This document shows positions 38,415 to 49,956 of a DNA stretch of 64,000 bases, piece after piece. The translations under genes and the position numbers were made by a program. Below the pieces are notes generated by a model. That model made no database searches. It was given only the letters and a program-made list of their open reading frames with translations, and was not told where the DNA came from. Source of the stretch: a bacterium (GTDB lineage: Bacteria > SAR324 > XYD2-FULL-50-16); contig JAVVEA010000006.1 in NCBI GenBank assembly GCA_032250835.1, positions 64,001 to 128,000 on the forward strand, in the 5' to 3' direction. How positions within the stretch are numbered: position 1 is the first letter of the stretch; each line of letters starts with the position of its first letter.

Positions 38415-39185
38415 ATGGAACTGGCAGGCCTGCATGTCCTGACCACCCGCGAATCCTTAGGGCCCGACCAACTCTCGGACCTCTTGGCGGCCCAAGGGGC
38501 TAGGGTGACCTCTATCCCTACCATCTCACTACTTCCCCCCGAAGATTGGGGCCCCTTCGACCAAGGGGCGGCCCAGTTGGACCAATATGCCTGGATGGTC
38601 TTCACTAGCATCAACGCGGTGCTGATGGCCAAACAGCGGATGGACCAATTGGGGATCACCCAGTTGCCGCCGGGGCTTAAGGTGGCTGCGGTAGGCTCGA
38701 AAACCGCCGCCGAAATCAAGCGGGCTGGTTGGCCGCTGAACTTGGTGCCCAAAGACTTCCAGGCCGAAGGGCTGATCCGCGAGTTTGAAAAATTGCGCCT
38801 AGGCGGCCTGAAGATATTTTTCCCCCGCGCCGAAGAGGGCCGCGAAACGCTGGTCGCCGGGTTGGGCTTTTTAGGGGCCCAGGTAACTTTGGCCCCGGTC
38901 TACCGCAACGAGCCCGCTTGGGAAAATCAGGAAGCCCTAGAAAACTGCCTTGCCAACGACCCCCCGCACTGGATCACCTTCACCAGCGGCTCTACGGTAC
39001 GCAATTTCTTTTCTATTGTAGAGCGCCTCCCCAACCAACTCCCGCGCCTCGCCTCGATCGGCAAAGTGACCACCGCCGAACTACGCAAGGAACACTGCAT
39101 CCCCGATTTCACCGCCCACCCCCAAACCTTAGAGGGGCTGGTGCAAGGGATGATCGACAAAGAGAATCATGACCCCTCGCTTTAG
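38415..39185 (+). CDS. hemD: Uroporphyrinogen-III synthase
   Basis: VLTTR, FTSINAV, AVGSKTA, FTSGSTV; follows hemC. Confidence 0.92.
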   Translation: MELAGLHVLTTRESLGPDQLSDLLAAQGARVTSIPTISLLPPEDWGPFDQGAAQLDQYAWMVFTSINAVLMAKQRMDQLGITQLPPGLKVAAVGSKTAAEIKRAGWPLNLVPKDFQAEGLIREFEKLRLGGLKIFFPRAEEGRETLVAGLGFLGAQVTLAPVYRNEPAWENQEALENCLANDPPHWITFTSGSTVRNFFSIVERLPNQLPRLASIGKVTTAELRKEHCIPDFTAHPQTLEGLVQGMIDKENHDPSL

Positions 39186-40182
39186 CGACGATCCGCGCGC
39201 CGCCTTGAAAGCTCTGCCCAAGGCGGAGCTGCATGTGCACCTCGAAGGGTTTATGGATTTGGAAGCTTGGGCACAGATGACCCAGCGACAAGCGAGCTGG
39301 ACGCCTCAGCGGCAGTTGGAGATGGAAGGGCACTTTGCCTTTAAGACCTTCCCCTTTTTTCTTAAGTGTTTTGGCGCGGTGATCTTCTCCTTTGAAGGGC
39401 CTGAAGATTTTTACCAATTGACCCAAAGGGCGCTGTCCCAGCTGATCGAGCAGGGGGTGGTCTATGCGGAAGTGATGCTGACGCCCGCCTTTTTTGTGAA
39501 CCGGGGGATTGATTTTTTTGACCTAATGGCCGAGATCCACCGGGCGGCAAAAGAGGTAGCTGACCGTATCGAGTTGAAGTTGATCTTTGACGGAGCCCGC
39601 AACTTTGGCCCTGAGTCGGTGGCCCAAAACTTCAAGCTCGCCGCCCAGGACCGTACCGGGCTGGTGATCGGCGCAGGACTCGGCGGCGATGAAGCCAACT
39701 TCCCGGCCCGGTTGTTTAAAGATCAGTTTGACTGGGCCAAGGCCCAGGGCCTTCGCCTGACCTGCCACGCCGGCGAAGCGGCAGGCGAAGGTTCAATGAT
39801 TGAGGCCGTGGAGTTGCTGGGCGCGGACCGCCTGGGTCATGCTTTGGGGCTGGTCCCAGGCAGCCGGGCCGAGGCCTTGGTGTTGGAACGCCAAGTCACC
39901 TTAGACCTTTGCCCCCATTCAAACCTAACCACTGGCGTGATCAGCAGCCTCAAGGTCCACCCGCTCCCGAGTTATTTATTGCGCGGCTACCGGGTAACTC
40001 TAAACTCCGACGACCCTGGCTTCTTCGGCAGCAACCTGTTGGACCAATATTTTTGGGCCGCCGAAGATTTGGGGCTGGATTGGGAGGTTTTAAAGGGCTT
40101 GGCGCGGAGCTCTTTTGAGGGCAGTTTCTTATCCCCGGCCCAGCGCCAAATTTGGCTCGATTCGCCTGCATTACAGGGCTGA
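39169..40182 (+). CDS. add: Adenosine/adenine deaminase
   Basis: PKAELHVHLEG, HAGE, RLGH, NSDDP. Confidence 0.9.
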   Translation: MTPRFSDDPRAALKALPKAELHVHLEGFMDLEAWAQMTQRQASWTPQRQLEMEGHFAFKTFPFFLKCFGAVIFSFEGPEDFYQLTQRALSQLIEQGVVYAEVMLTPAFFVNRGIDFFDLMAEIHRAAKEVADRIELKLIFDGARNFGPESVAQNFKLAAQDRTGLVIGAGLGGDEANFPARLFKDQFDWAKAQGLRLTCHAGEAAGEGSMIEAVELLGADRLGHALGLVPGSRAEALVLERQVTLDLCPHSNLTTGVISSLKVHPLPSYLLRGYRVTLNSDDPGFFGSNLLDQYFWAAEDLGLDWEVLKGLARSSFEGSFLSPAQRQIWLDSPALQG

Positions 40183-40257
40183 TTAGAGCGGCCTTTTGCG
40201 CTGTGTTGGGGGGTCGAACTTTCCGGTAAAAGATCCGGATTGACTCTCTTCGGGGAC

Positions 40258-40773
40258 TTAGCCCTCGCGGCCCTGTTCTTCGTCTATGTAGAAATAGAGC
40301 ATGTCCAATTCGGGCGGCTGGGCATAGGTGCCCGAAAGTTGGTCGTGGACCTGACCTCGGTGGTGGGTTTGGTGGTTGAAGACATGGCTCAACAGCTCGA
40401 CCAACAACCGCCGTCCCACGATGTCGGGCCGGGTAACTGAATGGTATTCAATATGCTGGGTTAGCTGGGCCTCGGTGACGCCGTTCAGCCATTCGAGCCA
40501 ATGTTCGTCGGCAACGCTACGGGCCGCTTTGAGGCTAGCTAGGTCAGGGTAGAGCACCTGATCCATACCGGCCGGTTGGAACTCACGTCCCATGGCGCGG
40601 GCTTTCCAGAGCTGATCGACCAAGAGGATGTGGTTGAGGCAAGCGTGGATGGAGCCAAAAAACATCGGGCGGCTCATCAGATAATCCTCTTCGCTCAAGA
40701 AACTGCAACTACGATAAATCCGCCGGTTGGCCCAGCGGTTATACCGGGCAAGCGTTCGGAAGTATTCGATCAT
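40258..40773 (-). CDS. DinB family protein
   Basis: YNRWAN, FGSIH..LNH, HVFNHQTHHRGQ. Confidence 0.9.
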   Translation of the reverse strand: MIEYFRTLARYNRWANRRIYRSCSFLSEEDYLMSRPMFFGSIHACLNHILLVDQLWKARAMGREFQPAGMDQVLYPDLASLKAARSVADEHWLEWLNGVTEAQLTQHIEYHSVTRPDIVGRRLLVELLSHVFNHQTHHRGQVHDQLSGTYAQPPELDMLYFYIDEEQGREG

Positions 40774-41348
40774 TTGAGGCCCTCTAGTTTTTTGATGGCC
40801 AGCCATTGAAGTGCCACGATGCTTTTGGAGTCTGTTAGCTTACCCTGTTTGATTTGGTCCAATAGGTCCGTAAAGGGCACTTCAAGAACCCGCAAATCTT
40901 CATGTTCGTGGGCCAAACCGCCGCCTAATTCCATTTTGTCTGCGTCGCCCACTTCTCCATAATAGAGATGGATCAACTCGTCGGAGACGCCCACGCTGGC
41001 GTAAAAGGAGGTCCAATGTTGGAGTTCTTTAACTTGGTAACCGGTTTCTTCCATCGACTCGCGTACACCGCAGTCTTGCGGTGACTCGCCGGGATCAATC
41101 AGCCCGCCGATGACTTCGGTGGTCCAGCCGTCGCCGGTTTTGGTGGAAGAATAGCGGAATTGTTCGACCATCACACAGGTGCCCCGGTCGCGGTTTTCCA
41201 GCAATACGGCCACCACCTCGGGCCGTTCGAGGTGGTAACGCCGCACCTTCATCGGCGGCCCGTTGAAGCAGTCGTGGGTGACCTCTACCCGGTCAACCCG
41301 GAAGAATTCGCCAAAGATGCGGTCTTTGGTGTGGATTTCATAGTTCAT
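40770..41348 (-). CDS. NUDIX hydrolase (ADP-ribose pyrophosphatase-like)
   Basis: GGLIDPGE...RESMEETG Nudix box, EQFRY, GGGL..EHED. Confidence 0.9.
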   Translation of the reverse strand: MNYEIHTKDRIFGEFFRVDRVEVTHDCFNGPPMKVRRYHLERPEVVAVLLENRDRGTCVMVEQFRYSSTKTGDGWTTEVIGGLIDPGESPQDCGVRESMEETGYQVKELQHWTSFYASVGVSDELIHLYYGEVGDADKMELGGGLAHEHEDLRVLEVPFTDLLDQIKQGKLTDSKSIVALQWLAIKKLEGLK

Positions 41349-42778
41349 AAGGAATTGGCCCCCTGCATTTGGCCGCGTACCACTAGGCTTTCTTCGTAAC
41401 AATGTTTGCTGCCCTCTTGGTCGCCTTGATCGTACAACAATTTGCCTAGATCATCGAGCAACGCCAATTGGCCGCTAAAGTCTTTTAGTTGTTTTTTGAC
41501 CCCCAGATGGTTCTGGAAACACTGGGCCAGCGCCTTGCCGTCGCCTTGCTGCTTATAGGCCCGCTCCAGCGTTTCATAGGTCTGGTCCATGCGGATCCAG
41601 TCTTCTTGGGTTTGGTAGCTGCTGAGGGCGGTCAACAAAAAGGGGACTGCTTGGTCTTCACGGCCCAAGTCGGCGTAGGTGTAGATGCGTTCTTCTAAGA
41701 GCGGCAGGTAGTCAGGATCTTTTTTAGGCACCACCGCGCCAAAGATGGATTGCCACAGTTTCAGGTCTTGTTTGAGTTGTCCTTGGGCCACAAAGGCCCT
41801 TGACGCTAGCTGGACAAATTGCAGGATCAAAGGCTTGTCCTTCGATTTGCGCCCGTCTTGTTCTAGCCAGCCCAAGGCCAACTTGGCGCACTCGGCGTAG
41901 TTTTCGCTGTCCATCGCCTTTTGGGCCGCTTTGAGTTGCAAACTCGCCAAGTCGGCTTCGTCGGCTTTGGCCTCTGCTTCTAGGGCCCCAAAATCGAGGG
42001 TTTCGCTAGACGCTAAGGGGACCCCCTGGGCCGGTTGGGTGTCCTTTTGGGGGCGGCGCGGCTTGGGCTTGATCTTCTTGCCTGCGGTTTTGGGGGCTTC
42101 GGCCTGGGCTTCGTCGTCGAAGAGATTGCCCAAAGGTTCGGCGGGGATTTTGTCTAGGAGTTGGTTGTCCTCCTGGTCTTTGCCCCGTTTGTTTTCGTGT
42201 AATTTGACCTGGGCCGGATCGTCGTTCGGTTCGCGGTCCTTTTCCTCGGCTGCTTGCGGCGGTCCAGAGGGGAGGTAGGGATTACGCGGCGGGGCCGCTG
42301 TCCGGGGTTTGTTCGAGAGCTTGACCACCACTTCCTGGTTGGGCTCGTCTAGCGCCGGGGCAGGCTTCTGGGCCGGGCGTTCCTCGCGCTGCTGGGCCGA
42401 CTGGTCTAAATTTTGTTGGAATCGGCTGAATACGTTGGGATCGATTTCGGCCGGTTGGTCTTCGGGAATCTGCTCTGGGGCGGGAGCCGGGGCTTTGCGG
42501 ACCACGGCTTTTTGCCGTGATGCCGTCTCGGCCTGCATGCTTTTGAGCAGAGCAGCGGCCCGTTTGGGGTCGGCTAGGTTGACGGGTTTTTGCCTAGGCT
42601 GGGCTGGGCGGTTGCCTGGAACCGGTTTGATGCGTTTGGCTAAAAAAGCCAACTGAGCAACCAGCAACAAGAGCAAAAGCGACAAGCCCGCAGCCGTCTC
42701 CAAGGCGAAACTATAAAAAAACAGCCCCACCAAGAGGGAAAAGAGCAGGATTTGGGCAAGTAGGGTCAAAAGCTTCAT
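41345..42778 (-). CDS. Membrane-anchored protein with disordered linker and TPR-like C-terminus
   Basis: Two N-terminal TM segments, Pro/Gln/Glu-rich linker, helical repeats. Confidence 0.7.
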   Translation of the reverse strand: MKLLTLLAQILLFSLLVGLFFYSFALETAAGLSLLLLLLVAQLAFLAKRIKPVPGNRPAQPRQKPVNLADPKRAAALLKSMQAETASRQKAVVRKAPAPAPEQIPEDQPAEIDPNVFSRFQQNLDQSAQQREERPAQKPAPALDEPNQEVVVKLSNKPRTAAPPRNPYLPSGPPQAAEEKDREPNDDPAQVKLHENKRGKDQEDNQLLDKIPAEPLGNLFDDEAQAEAPKTAGKKIKPKPRRPQKDTQPAQGVPLASSETLDFGALEAEAKADEADLASLQLKAAQKAMDSENYAECAKLALGWLEQDGRKSKDKPLILQFVQLASRAFVAQGQLKQDLKLWQSIFGAVVPKKDPDYLPLLEERIYTYADLGREDQAVPFLLTALSSYQTQEDWIRMDQTYETLERAYKQQGDGKALAQCFQNHLGVKKQLKDFSGQLALLDDLGKLLYDQGDQEGSKHCYEESLVVRGQMQGANSL

Positions 42779-43276
42779 CTAGTTGATCCGTTGGGCCTCA
42801 AGGTCAACCACTTTCTGGTTGGTGTCGCGCAGTCGCCCGGCCAGCACGTTCGCAAAGTTACGGAAGAGCCGGTAGCTTAAAAAGGCATACTTGGGGTTGC
42901 GGGAGATTTTTTCTAGTTTTTCGGTGCTGATCGAAAAGACCAGCGAATTGGCCGTTGCTCTGGCCGTCGCCGAACGGGGGCGGTGGTCGATCAAGCCCAA
43001 CTCGCCGAAGCAGTCGCCGGGGATTAACTTGGCGATCACCGTCTCATGGACCGTGCCTTCATGTCGGTTGACGCGTTTGGTGATGTCGATTCCGCCCGAA
43101 AAAAGGATATACATTTTGTCACCCTGGTCATACTCGCGGAAGACGATCTTGCCCAGGGGCACATGTTCGGCCTGCATGAGGCGCAAAAAGGCAAGCATCT
43201 CTTCCTCGGAGAAGTCATGGAAAAACTGGATCTCCGACTTGAGCCGGAGAAAGATGTCCTTGCGGATCGAAACCAT
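42779..43276 (-). CDS. Stand-alone cyclic-nucleotide-binding domain protein
   Basis: GDCFGELGLIDHRPRSATA phosphate-binding cassette. Confidence 0.9.
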   Translation of the reverse strand: MVSIRKDIFLRLKSEIQFFHDFSEEEMLAFLRLMQAEHVPLGKIVFREYDQGDKMYILFSGGIDITKRVNRHEGTVHETVIAKLIPGDCFGELGLIDHRPRSATARATANSLVFSISTEKLEKISRNPKYAFLSYRLFRNFANVLAGRLRDTNQKVVDLEAQRIN

Positions 43277-43372
43277 CGACGAATCCTGGGTGTAGGGATA
43301 CCTTACTCAGTTCGCATTATGGTACGAATTGCCTTAAAAGTAAAATTGGGAATTCAAGATTTCTTCGGTGGG

Positions 43373-43402
43373 AACAGAAGCCCCCCAAGGGAGGCTTCTG
43401 TT
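43373..43402 (-). terminator. Rho-independent terminator after DUF2892 gene
   Basis: AACAGAAGCC...GGCTTCTGTT inverted repeat. Confidence 0.65.
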
Positions 43403-43411
43403 TGAAATCCT

Positions 43412-43615
43412 TTAGGCTTCTGCGCTGCCTTCTTCGGATGAGCGGGTAGACATGCCCAAGGGAAGGTACAAGGGGCAAATGCTGATCGCCGCAGTACCCA
43501 AGGGGATCAGTGCGATCAAGCCGAACCAGCTTTGGTAAACCACGCCAGCCGCGGCGATAGCGATTCCGATGATCAGACGAAGGACGCGGTCGATACCGCC
43601 CATATTTTTCTTCAT
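43412..43615 (-). CDS. DUF2892 (YgaP-like) membrane protein
   Basis: MKKNMGGIDR..R...CPLY motif. Confidence 0.92.
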   Translation of the reverse strand: MKKNMGGIDRVLRLIIGIAIAAAGVVYQSWFGLIALIPLGTAAISICPLYLPLGMSTRSSEEGSAEA

Positions 43616-43704
43616 GACGACTCCTGTTGTTTGCGAGGGCTATTCCAAAGTGGAATGTTTTTATCCTATCTGAAAACAGCCTACCGGTTCAAGTAAAAGT
43701 TCAC

Positions 43705-43719
43705 GGTGACATAGTCACC
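43705..43719. promoter_or_regulatory. Palindromic putative Crp/Fnr-family binding site
   Basis: GGTGAC-ATA-GTCACC upstream of the DUF2892 promoter (TTGAAC-18nt-TAGGAT). Confidence 0.6.
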
Positions 43720-43741
43720 AAGAGCTTCTATTTATTTATCT

Positions 43742-44377
43742 CTAGGGCTCTAAAAGCTTCAATTGCCCGCGCCCTAAGGATACACGACCTTTGTGCTCGA
43801 AGTCCTTTAAAATGCGGCTAACCACTTCGCGGCTGCTGCCTAATTCGACGGCAATCTGTTGGTGGGTCAAAAAGACTTCGCCGGCCTCATCGGCCCGCTC
43901 TTCGATCAACTCCATAATCCGCTCGTCCATACGGCGGAAGGCCACCTCGTCCACGGTGGTGATCACCGAGGCGAGCAATTGGGTCATCAGGGCGTAGGCG
44001 AACTTGCGGATTGGAGCGTAGTTTTCCATCCAATGATGGAACTGTGGTGCCGGGACCACCAGGGCGCTGATCTCTTCTTCTACCTGAGCGATGGCGGGGA
44101 TCGCCGACTGGCTCATGAGGCTGCTGATCGAAAGGATGCAGCTCTCACCGGGGCGGATGCGGTAGAGGGTCATCTCCCGCCCGTTTTCTCCTAAAGTGAA
44201 GACCCGAATTTCGCCTTGCAGTAAAAAGGGGATGATGCGGCAGGGGTCCCCGGCCTCGAAGATCACTTGGCCTTTGGGCAGACGCGCGATTTGGGGGCGG
44301 TTGGGGCGGTCCGTCTCGATCTCTGATTTAAGCGAGGTCAAGAAGGGAAATAAGCGGTAAAGTTGATCGTCAGGCAT
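43742..44377 (-). CDS. Crp/Fnr family transcriptional regulator
   Basis: GREMTLYRI.PGESC, THQQIA.ELGSSREVVSR HTH. Confidence 0.92.
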   Translation of the reverse strand: MPDDQLYRLFPFLTSLKSEIETDRPNRPQIARLPKGQVIFEAGDPCRIIPFLLQGEIRVFTLGENGREMTLYRIRPGESCILSISSLMSQSAIPAIAQVEEEISALVVPAPQFHHWMENYAPIRKFAYALMTQLLASVITTVDEVAFRRMDERIMELIEERADEAGEVFLTHQQIAVELGSSREVVSRILKDFEHKGRVSLGRGQLKLLEP

Positions 44378-44529
44378 AATATAAGACTCCGGTTGGCCCT
44401 TTATTACCGCATTTTGGCCTCTGCTGGCAAGAATCTTTGTGCCCGCGCCCATTGCTAAGGCAGTTGAAATTGGCTAGGATAGCCAGACTAAAACTTTAAA
44501 CTTTGAAACCACCTGTGCCCGTAATGCCC

Positions 44530-46610
<2,081 letters not shown>

Positions 46611-46611
46611 C

Positions 46612-47211
46612 GTGAAGCTGTTAGTGCTCAGCCAGCCTGAGTGGATCGATGGGGAAAGCGAGATTTTGAGCCACCTTTTGAGCCTGCCCGGCTTTGAGTT
46701 GCTCTTGCGTAAGCCCGAGGCCAGCGAGGCACAGCAATCAGCGTTGATCGAGGCGCTCGACCCGAAGCATTACCCACGTCTTTGGCTGCGGGGTGCGCCT
46801 ATCTTGACGCTGGAATATGGCTTGGCGGGGCACCATTTTCCGCAAAACCAACGGCCCCAAGCGGTATGCTGGCGGCGGCGTTTGCGCAAGGCAGGCTGCC
46901 GCTTGAGTACTGGGGTGCATGATCCGCGTGAGTTGGTCCAGCTCGAAGGTTATGACCGGGCGCTGTTTAGCCCTGTTTTTGATTCGATCAGCAAGCCCGG
47001 CCACCGGCCTAACTATAAGCCAGCCGAATTAGAGGCCGGGCTGCGCAAGCTTCCCTTTGAGGTTTTTGGGATGGGTGGAGTGCGGGCCGATAAATTGGGG
47101 CAACTGAAATCCAAGGGCTTTAAGGGCGCGGCAATACTCGGAGCCCTCTGGGAGGCTACCGACGCCTTTGAGGCATTAAAACAAATCATCAAACAAGCAC
47201 AGACCCCGTGA
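46612..47211 (+). CDS. Thiamine phosphate synthase / TenI-like protein
   Basis: [20 protein letters not shown]; sits between thiC and thiG. Confidence 0.8.
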   Translation: MKLLVLSQPEWIDGESEILSHLLSLPGFELLLRKPEASEAQQSALIEALDPKHYPRLWLRGAPILTLEYGLAGHHFPQNQRPQAVCWRRRLRKAGCRLSTGVHDPRELVQLEGYDRALFSPVFDSISKPGHRPNYKPAELEAGLRKLPFEVFGMGGVRADKLGQLKSKGFKGAAILGALWEATDAFEALKQIIKQAQTP

Positions 47212-47990
47212 GCCAAGATTTTTTGAACATTGCAGGACGTGAATTCACTTCCCGCCTCTTTTTGGGTACTGGGAAGTTTTCGGGCAATCAGGCGATGGCC
47301 AGCGCGATTGCCGCTTCGGGCAGCCAACTGGTGACCTTGGCGCTCAAACGCTTCGACCCCGAAAATCCTGGCGACCAGATGGTTGCCCATGTCCGCCAAG
47401 AAGGGGTTCACCTGTTGCCCAATACCTCCGGGGTGCGCGACGCGGCCGAGGCGGTCTTGGCTGCCCAGTTGGCTCGTGAGGCTTTAGAAACCAATTGGGT
47501 CAAGTTGGAAATCCACCCAGACCCACGTTATCTGTTGCCGGATCACAAAGAGACCTTATTGGCCACCGAGCAGTTGGCCAAGTTGGGGTTTGTGGTTTTG
47601 CCCTACATCAACGCCGACCCGGTCTTTTGTAAGCAGTTGGAGTCTGCCGGGGCGGCCGCCGTGATGCCCTTGGCCGCACCGATTGGCTCGAATCGGGGTT
47701 TGGCTACCCTGGCGATGCTCGAAATCATCATCAAAGAATCGAAGCTTCCGGTGGTCATCGACGCCGGGTTGGGCGCGCCGAGCCATGCGGCGGCGGCCAT
47801 GGAGTTGGGGGCCGATGCGGTATTGGTCAATACGGCGATTGCCGTAGCCGAAGACCCGATCTTGATGGCCCAGGCCTTTAAATTGGCTGTAGAAGCCGGA
47901 CGGATGGGCTATCTGGCCAAACTGGGGGCGGTCAGTGAACTGGCCCAAGCTTCTAGCCCCTTGACGGCCTTTTTGCAGGGGACCCCGTGA
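47208..47990 (+). CDS. thiG: Thiazole synthase
   Basis: [30 protein letters not shown]. Confidence 0.97.
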   Translation: MSQDFLNIAGREFTSRLFLGTGKFSGNQAMASAIAASGSQLVTLALKRFDPENPGDQMVAHVRQEGVHLLPNTSGVRDAAEAVLAAQLAREALETNWVKLEIHPDPRYLLPDHKETLLATEQLAKLGFVVLPYINADPVFCKQLESAGAAAVMPLAAPIGSNRGLATLAMLEIIIKESKLPVVIDAGLGAPSHAAAAMELGADAVLVNTAIAVAEDPILMAQAFKLAVEAGRMGYLAKLGAVSELAQASSPLTAFLQGTP

Positions 47991-49132
47991 ACATGGGCAC
48001 CAAACCGGCCAGTTTTACCGAGGTTTTCAGAAAAACCGACTGGGCCCAAACCAAAGCAATGATCGAGGCTTGCGGTCCTCGCGAGGTGGAACGGGCCTTG
48101 AGCCGCGCCGGAGCGGGCCGACCCGAAGACTTCGCCGCGCTGATCAGCCCCGCCGCCGCGCCCTATTTAGAGCAAATGGCCCAATTGAGCCAGTCCTTAA
48201 CCCGCAAACGCTTTGGCAAGTGCGTGCAACTCTATGCGCCGCTCTATTTAAGCAATGAATGCCTCAATAGCTGTACTTACTGTGGTTTTTCTCGGGAGGT
48301 TCAAATCCCTCGGGTCCGCTTGAACGAAGAGGCCGTCTTAAAAGAAGTGGCAGTCTTAAAAGAGATGGGCATCGAGCATATCTTGCTGGTGACCGGAGAT
48401 TTTTCCGACAAAGTAGGCGTTGAATACCTTAGCCAAGCCATCGACTGGGTCCGTCCTCACTTTGCCCAGGTCAGCATGGAGGTTCAGCCGCTGGCCGAAG
48501 AGGTCTACCGGGAGTTAGCCGAACGAGGCTTGCATGGGGTAATGGTCTACCAAGAAACCTACGGACCCCGCTACGCCGAGTTCCACCCCCGGGGCAGCAA
48601 AAAAGACTTTTTCTGGCGTCTGGAGACACCCGACCGGTTGGGGCGCGCGGGTATCCATAAAATCGGTTTGGGCGCGCTGTTGGGGCTCGACGACTGGCGG
48701 GCGGATAGTTATTTTGTGGCTTTGCACCTGATCTATTTGGAACGCCAATATTGGCAGAGCAAGTTTTCCTTGTCCTTTCCCCGGCTGCGTCCTGCCCAAG
48801 GCGGCTTCCAACCGGCGATGCCGATGAGTGATAAGGAATTGGTGCAGTTGGTACTGGCTTACCGCATTTTCAACGAAAACTTAGAGCTGTCTCTTTCGAC
48901 CCGAGAATCCAGCGCGCTACGGAACGGCCTGATCCCCTTGGGGATCACCAGCATCAGCGCCGGAAGCCGGACCGAACCGGGCGGCTACGCCAACCCCAAG
49001 GCGGAGTTGGAACAATTTGAAATTGACGACGACCGCAGTCCGGAGCAGATGCGCCGGGCGATGGCCCAAATGGGGCTAGAAACGGTCAACCGGGACTGGG
49101 ACCCCCGCTTTGGTCTGAACCTCAATCCTTAA
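47987..49132 (+). CDS. thiH: 2-iminoacetate synthase (radical SAM)
   Basis: [35 protein letters not shown]. Confidence 0.96.
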   Translation: MNMGTKPASFTEVFRKTDWAQTKAMIEACGPREVERALSRAGAGRPEDFAALISPAAAPYLEQMAQLSQSLTRKRFGKCVQLYAPLYLSNECLNSCTYCGFSREVQIPRVRLNEEAVLKEVAVLKEMGIEHILLVTGDFSDKVGVEYLSQAIDWVRPHFAQVSMEVQPLAEEVYRELAERGLHGVMVYQETYGPRYAEFHPRGSKKDFFWRLETPDRLGRAGIHKIGLGALLGLDDWRADSYFVALHLIYLERQYWQSKFSLSFPRLRPAQGGFQPAMPMSDKELVQLVLAYRIFNENLELSLSTRESSALRNGLIPLGITSISAGSRTEPGGYANPKAELEQFEIDDDRSPEQMRRAMAQMGLETVNRDWDPRFGLNLNP

Positions 49133-49138
49133 GGCTAG

Positions 49139-49936
49139 ATGCCCAAAAAGACGCTGATTCACCCGATGGCCTTGGTAGATAAAAAGGCCGAATTAGGAAA
49201 AGATGTTGAAATTGGCCCCTTTAGCGTCATCGGCCCCGATGTGGTGATTGGGGACGGCACGGTGGTTGGCAATCATGTGACGGTCCAGGGGCGCACGACG
49301 ATCGGCAAAAAAAATCGGATCGGTGCCTACACCAGTATCGGGATGCCCGCCCAGGACAAGGAACACTGGCCCGACGATTGTCTGGTGGAAATCGGGGATG
49401 AAAACGACATCCGCGAATACGTATCGGTGCACCGGGGCACCTTCAAACACGACGAGCCCGGTGTGACCCGCATCGGCAACAAAAACCAGATCATGGTTTA
49501 TTCCCACTTCGCCCATGATACCGAAGTGGGCAGTTATTGCATGATGGCCAACGCCACCACCTTAGGCGGCCACGTGCGTTTTGGTTCTTATGTGGTGACC
49601 GGCGGCCTTTCGGCTTACCATCAGTTTACCCGAGTGGGCGACTATGCTATGGTCGGCGGTATGTCAGCCTGTTTCCAAGATGTTCCCCCTTACTGTGTTT
49701 GTTCGGGGCCGAGGGGGCATATCTACGGGATCAACCGCGTTGGGCTTCAGCGCAATGGCTTTAGCGGCGAAGAGGTGGAGCAGGTCCAGCGCCTGTTTGA
49801 TCAATATTTTAAGAGTGGAAAGGTCCCTAGTCAGGCCTTTAAGGCGATTGAAGCGGCCAGTGACGGGTCTTTGTTGATGACCAGATTTATTGAGTTTATT
49901 CGTAATTCCAAGCGGGGCATCGCCTCAAAGGGATAA
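49139..49936 (+). CDS. lpxA: UDP-N-acetylglucosamine O-acyltransferase
   Basis: Hexapeptide repeats, IREYVSVHRGT, HFAHD, QDVPPY. Confidence 0.92.
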   Translation: MPKKTLIHPMALVDKKAELGKDVEIGPFSVIGPDVVIGDGTVVGNHVTVQGRTTIGKKNRIGAYTSIGMPAQDKEHWPDDCLVEIGDENDIREYVSVHRGTFKHDEPGVTRIGNKNQIMVYSHFAHDTEVGSYCMMANATTLGGHVRFGSYVVTGGLSAYHQFTRVGDYAMVGGMSACFQDVPPYCVCSGPRGHIYGINRVGLQRNGFSGEEVEQVQRLFDQYFKSGKVPSQAFKAIEAASDGSLLMTRFIEFIRNSKRGIASKG

Positions 49937-49956
49937 TCCAGCCACCGGGGGCAAGG

